From: Macrostomum lignano
Lineage: Eukaryota
Length of the DNA: 64,000 bases
Direction of reading: 5' to 3'
Assembly: GCA_002269645.1 (NCBI GenBank)
Contig: NIVC01000514.1
Location: forward strand, 248,001 to 312,000
The notes below the pieces were generated by a model. It did not search any database and was not told the origin of the DNA. It was given only the letters and a program-made list of their open reading frames with translations. Shown in pieces: positions 61,409 through 64,000 of this stretch. Position 1 is the first letter of the stretch. Each line of letters begins with the position of its first letter. The position numbers and the translations under genes were made by a program.

Positions 61409-63210
61409 TAATGTGTATTCATAAGATGGTTTGTTCCATCTAATTGTATATTTGTGTTAACAAAAAGGAGCAGAAAGAATTTGTTATCATAGGAGCCGTT
61501 GTCTTGCTCTGCTCATTAGTTAGTAAATTCTATTTTTCCTTGTGTGCCTAGCTCTTTACTAACTGTCTAGGTCTTCAAGAATTATGACCATAGATAGTTC
61601 AACTGCATGCTTAAAAGTCCATAGTTAAAATCCATATCAACTTCCCTCCTCCTTAAATAGTGCACTCTCCACTTGGTTGTTCATACTTCCTCAATCAGTT
61701 GCTTAAGTGACATTCCTTTATTTTGTCTTTTGGACCGATGGACATGCTGTTGGTGTTGGCACACTCCACTTGACTGTATCTCAACTGGTTCTGTTGCTTG
61801 TTGTCTGATCTGAATAGTACCAAGTTGGGCACAGTCCAAACCTTCCCATTGTCTAGTTGGTATATGAAGTTGCCAACCACTTTGGTGACTTTGAATGGAG
61901 AGGTAAAGGGGGACCTGCCCTTTGGCAAATCTGGCAAACAAATACATACCAGATCACCAACCTTGAAGTGTTGCTTGAATACTTGGTGCCATTCCTGTTT
62001 TAATGTGGTCACTAGCTTGTTCTATGTTCATTGACATTGGTTGCTCTGCAAGGCTGGAAATTTGCTCTTATGTTACAGCCAAATAGCAGTTTTGCAGGTG
62101 TATCTCTATTCTCATTTGGAATTGTGCAGTAGCTGAATATAGTATGTTGCATGCCCTCTTCAAAACTCTTCTACTCAACCTCAAAGGTTTGTGCCACATG
62201 CTTCAGCATTCAATTGAAGACTTCCACCTTGCCATTTTGTCTTTGCTTATACAGTGGAACATATTTGTGTCAGATATCTCATGAAGCGAGAAAGTCCTCC
62301 ATTTCTCTAGAGACAAAGCTGCTTCTGTTGTCAAATACCAGGGTATCAGGATTGCAGAAGTGATTGAAGACCTCTGTCAGCCAGTTGATTAGCCTTGGTG
62401 ATCTTGTGTCTCTAGTGAGGATCTCAAGATGTGACAAGTAGTAATCAATGAATCATTGATTTTGTGGAGCAATTGCAAACAACCTGATGATGTCAATTGC
62501 AAGCTTTGACTAGGCTTTTCAACTGGTCTACCATTTGGCATGATAATTTTGTGCAACTTAGCACTGTCCTGGCATGGTAGACAGAACTTGACAGTTTGTT
62601 ATGGTGCTATCTATACCTGGCCACCAGTATGCTGATCGCAGAAGTCATTTCATTTGTACAATTCCCAGGTGTCCTTCATGGGCATGCTTTAGGATTGTCT
62701 TGACTAGGCTGCTGGGCAGCACAATTTGTTCACCATGAATCAGGATTTCATTTTCTATTGTCAGTTAGTCTTGTATCTGTGCAAAGGCCTTGAGCTCTGT
62801 CTTCATTTTATCAATTGCTTGGGAGCTTTGGATAGCCTTTATAACCTCCTAAAGTATAGTATCTGTGCTTGTTAGCACCTACAGATTTCTTGCAGAAGGG
62901 GTATGAATATTTTTGCAAGCAAATGCTGCAGATAGCAGCATTGTCTTTATTATCTGCACTATCTAATCCAGATGTTGGTAGGGCCATAAGTTGTTAATCC
63001 TTGTTACCAATTGATGTGTATTTGTAAGACAGTTTGTTCTGTCTAATTATATATTTGTATTAACAAAAAAGAGCGGAAAAAATTGTTATTGTAGGAGCCC
63101 TTGTCTTGCTCTGCTTGTTAGTTAGTTAGTTAATTCCATTTTCCTCTCATATGCCTAGCCTTTTTATGTGCCAACCATAGATAGTTCAATTGCATGTATA
63201 AAAGTCTGAT
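61409..63210 (-). mobile_element. Decayed, internally deleted Ty3/Gypsy LTR retrotransposon
   Basis: Direct repeats ~61409-61639 and ~63012-63210. PBS-like TGGTAACAAGG at 62999-63009; PPT AAGGAGGAGGGAAG at 61641-61654. Integrase remnants: HAHEGHLGI...AYWWPGID, P..LV.DN..SF, QNGKVE, and KGRSPFTSPFKV..V.GN..YQL. Many stops. Confidence 0.85.
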
Positions 63211-64000
63211 TTTTTTCAAACTTGCACTGTTTAATCAGAATTTTTCCATGACAATATATGCATTATAGCTAAAAAAATTGCTTGATGCTAAAGGGATTAA
63301 ATATTCGACAAACATGCTTTTTTGCAAAGTTCAAGCAGCTCTTTCTGTTGTGGGCAAGTTCTGCTATTTTTATGCTTTGTACGAGTGCAAATTCACATGT
63401 GCTTATGCTACGCTTGTATGCAGCTGGGTCTATGGTGCTGACGGCCCCTTGGGTATAGGCCCTCGGATGTGATCTGAGGCAAACAGCCCATAGGAAATAA
63501 AAGGAATAAGAAATAGCCAGAACTAAGGCTACAAGCAGGCCAAAATTGGCTGCATTTTATTTTCTATCAAACCTCCACCTTTTATTTGTTGGTTAAAGAC
63601 ACAACACTTTCAATTTGAAATGCATTGTAAGAATGCTAAGAAAAAAACTGACAAGTTGAATTCTGATTCCAAAATAGATGGCATCACAATAGGCTTTTTA
63701 TTTATTGTCTGTATACTGGCTGAATTTTGAGACTCAATTGAATTGCATCATAGTATTGAAAACATGGTGTGGAAACAGCACAATACTTGATTTATATTGT
63801 GTAACTATATTGTTAACTTTAATAGAGACTAGTACTGGTACTGATTTGCCTTAGAAATTGATTATGTCATAATTGTTTTGTGTGCCTTTTACTCTAATTG
63901 ACTTGGTATGAGTGTTAAATTATAAGTGCTACAAATTCACTATATTTTGCTGAGAGCTAGCCTATATATGAATAGATGCATTAGATGTGCTAATGCAACA

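Overview
Eukaryotic (metazoan) genomic DNA. Compact, GC- and CpG-rich exons alternate with introns and spacers filled by locus-specific minisatellites, and with AT-rich, CpG-poor blocks carrying decayed transposons. This architecture resembles the flatworm Macrostomum, but that is an inference and was not checked by search. I reconstructed nine spliced protein genes by hand, each with GT-AG junctions and consistent phase: a divergent SLC15/POT transporter (+), a 4-TM protein (-), an astacin metalloprotease (+), NUDT9 (-), a FAM120-like gene (-), ZNHIT1 (-), a secreted C-type lectin (-), a small 2-TM protein (+) and SH2D5 (-). About 40 tandem arrays are present. Mobile DNA includes a foldback DNA element with 8-bp TSDs and a nested solo LTR, a second foldback MITE, two LINE fragments, a Penelope-type GIY-YIG fragment, an internally deleted Gypsy element and two tRNA-derived Pol III heads. 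Most long ORFs in the supplied track are artefacts of repeats. The most notable observations are: a cluster of 8 RFX X-boxes in one intron; short repeats that multiply HSF- and MEF2-type motifs; several arrays whose unit carries an AG|GT splice junction; arrays seeded from adjacent gene sequence; a candidate ZNHIT1-FAM120 operon; and an over-represented TAGGCCTA palindrome. No CRISPR array, rRNA or intact tRNA was seen.
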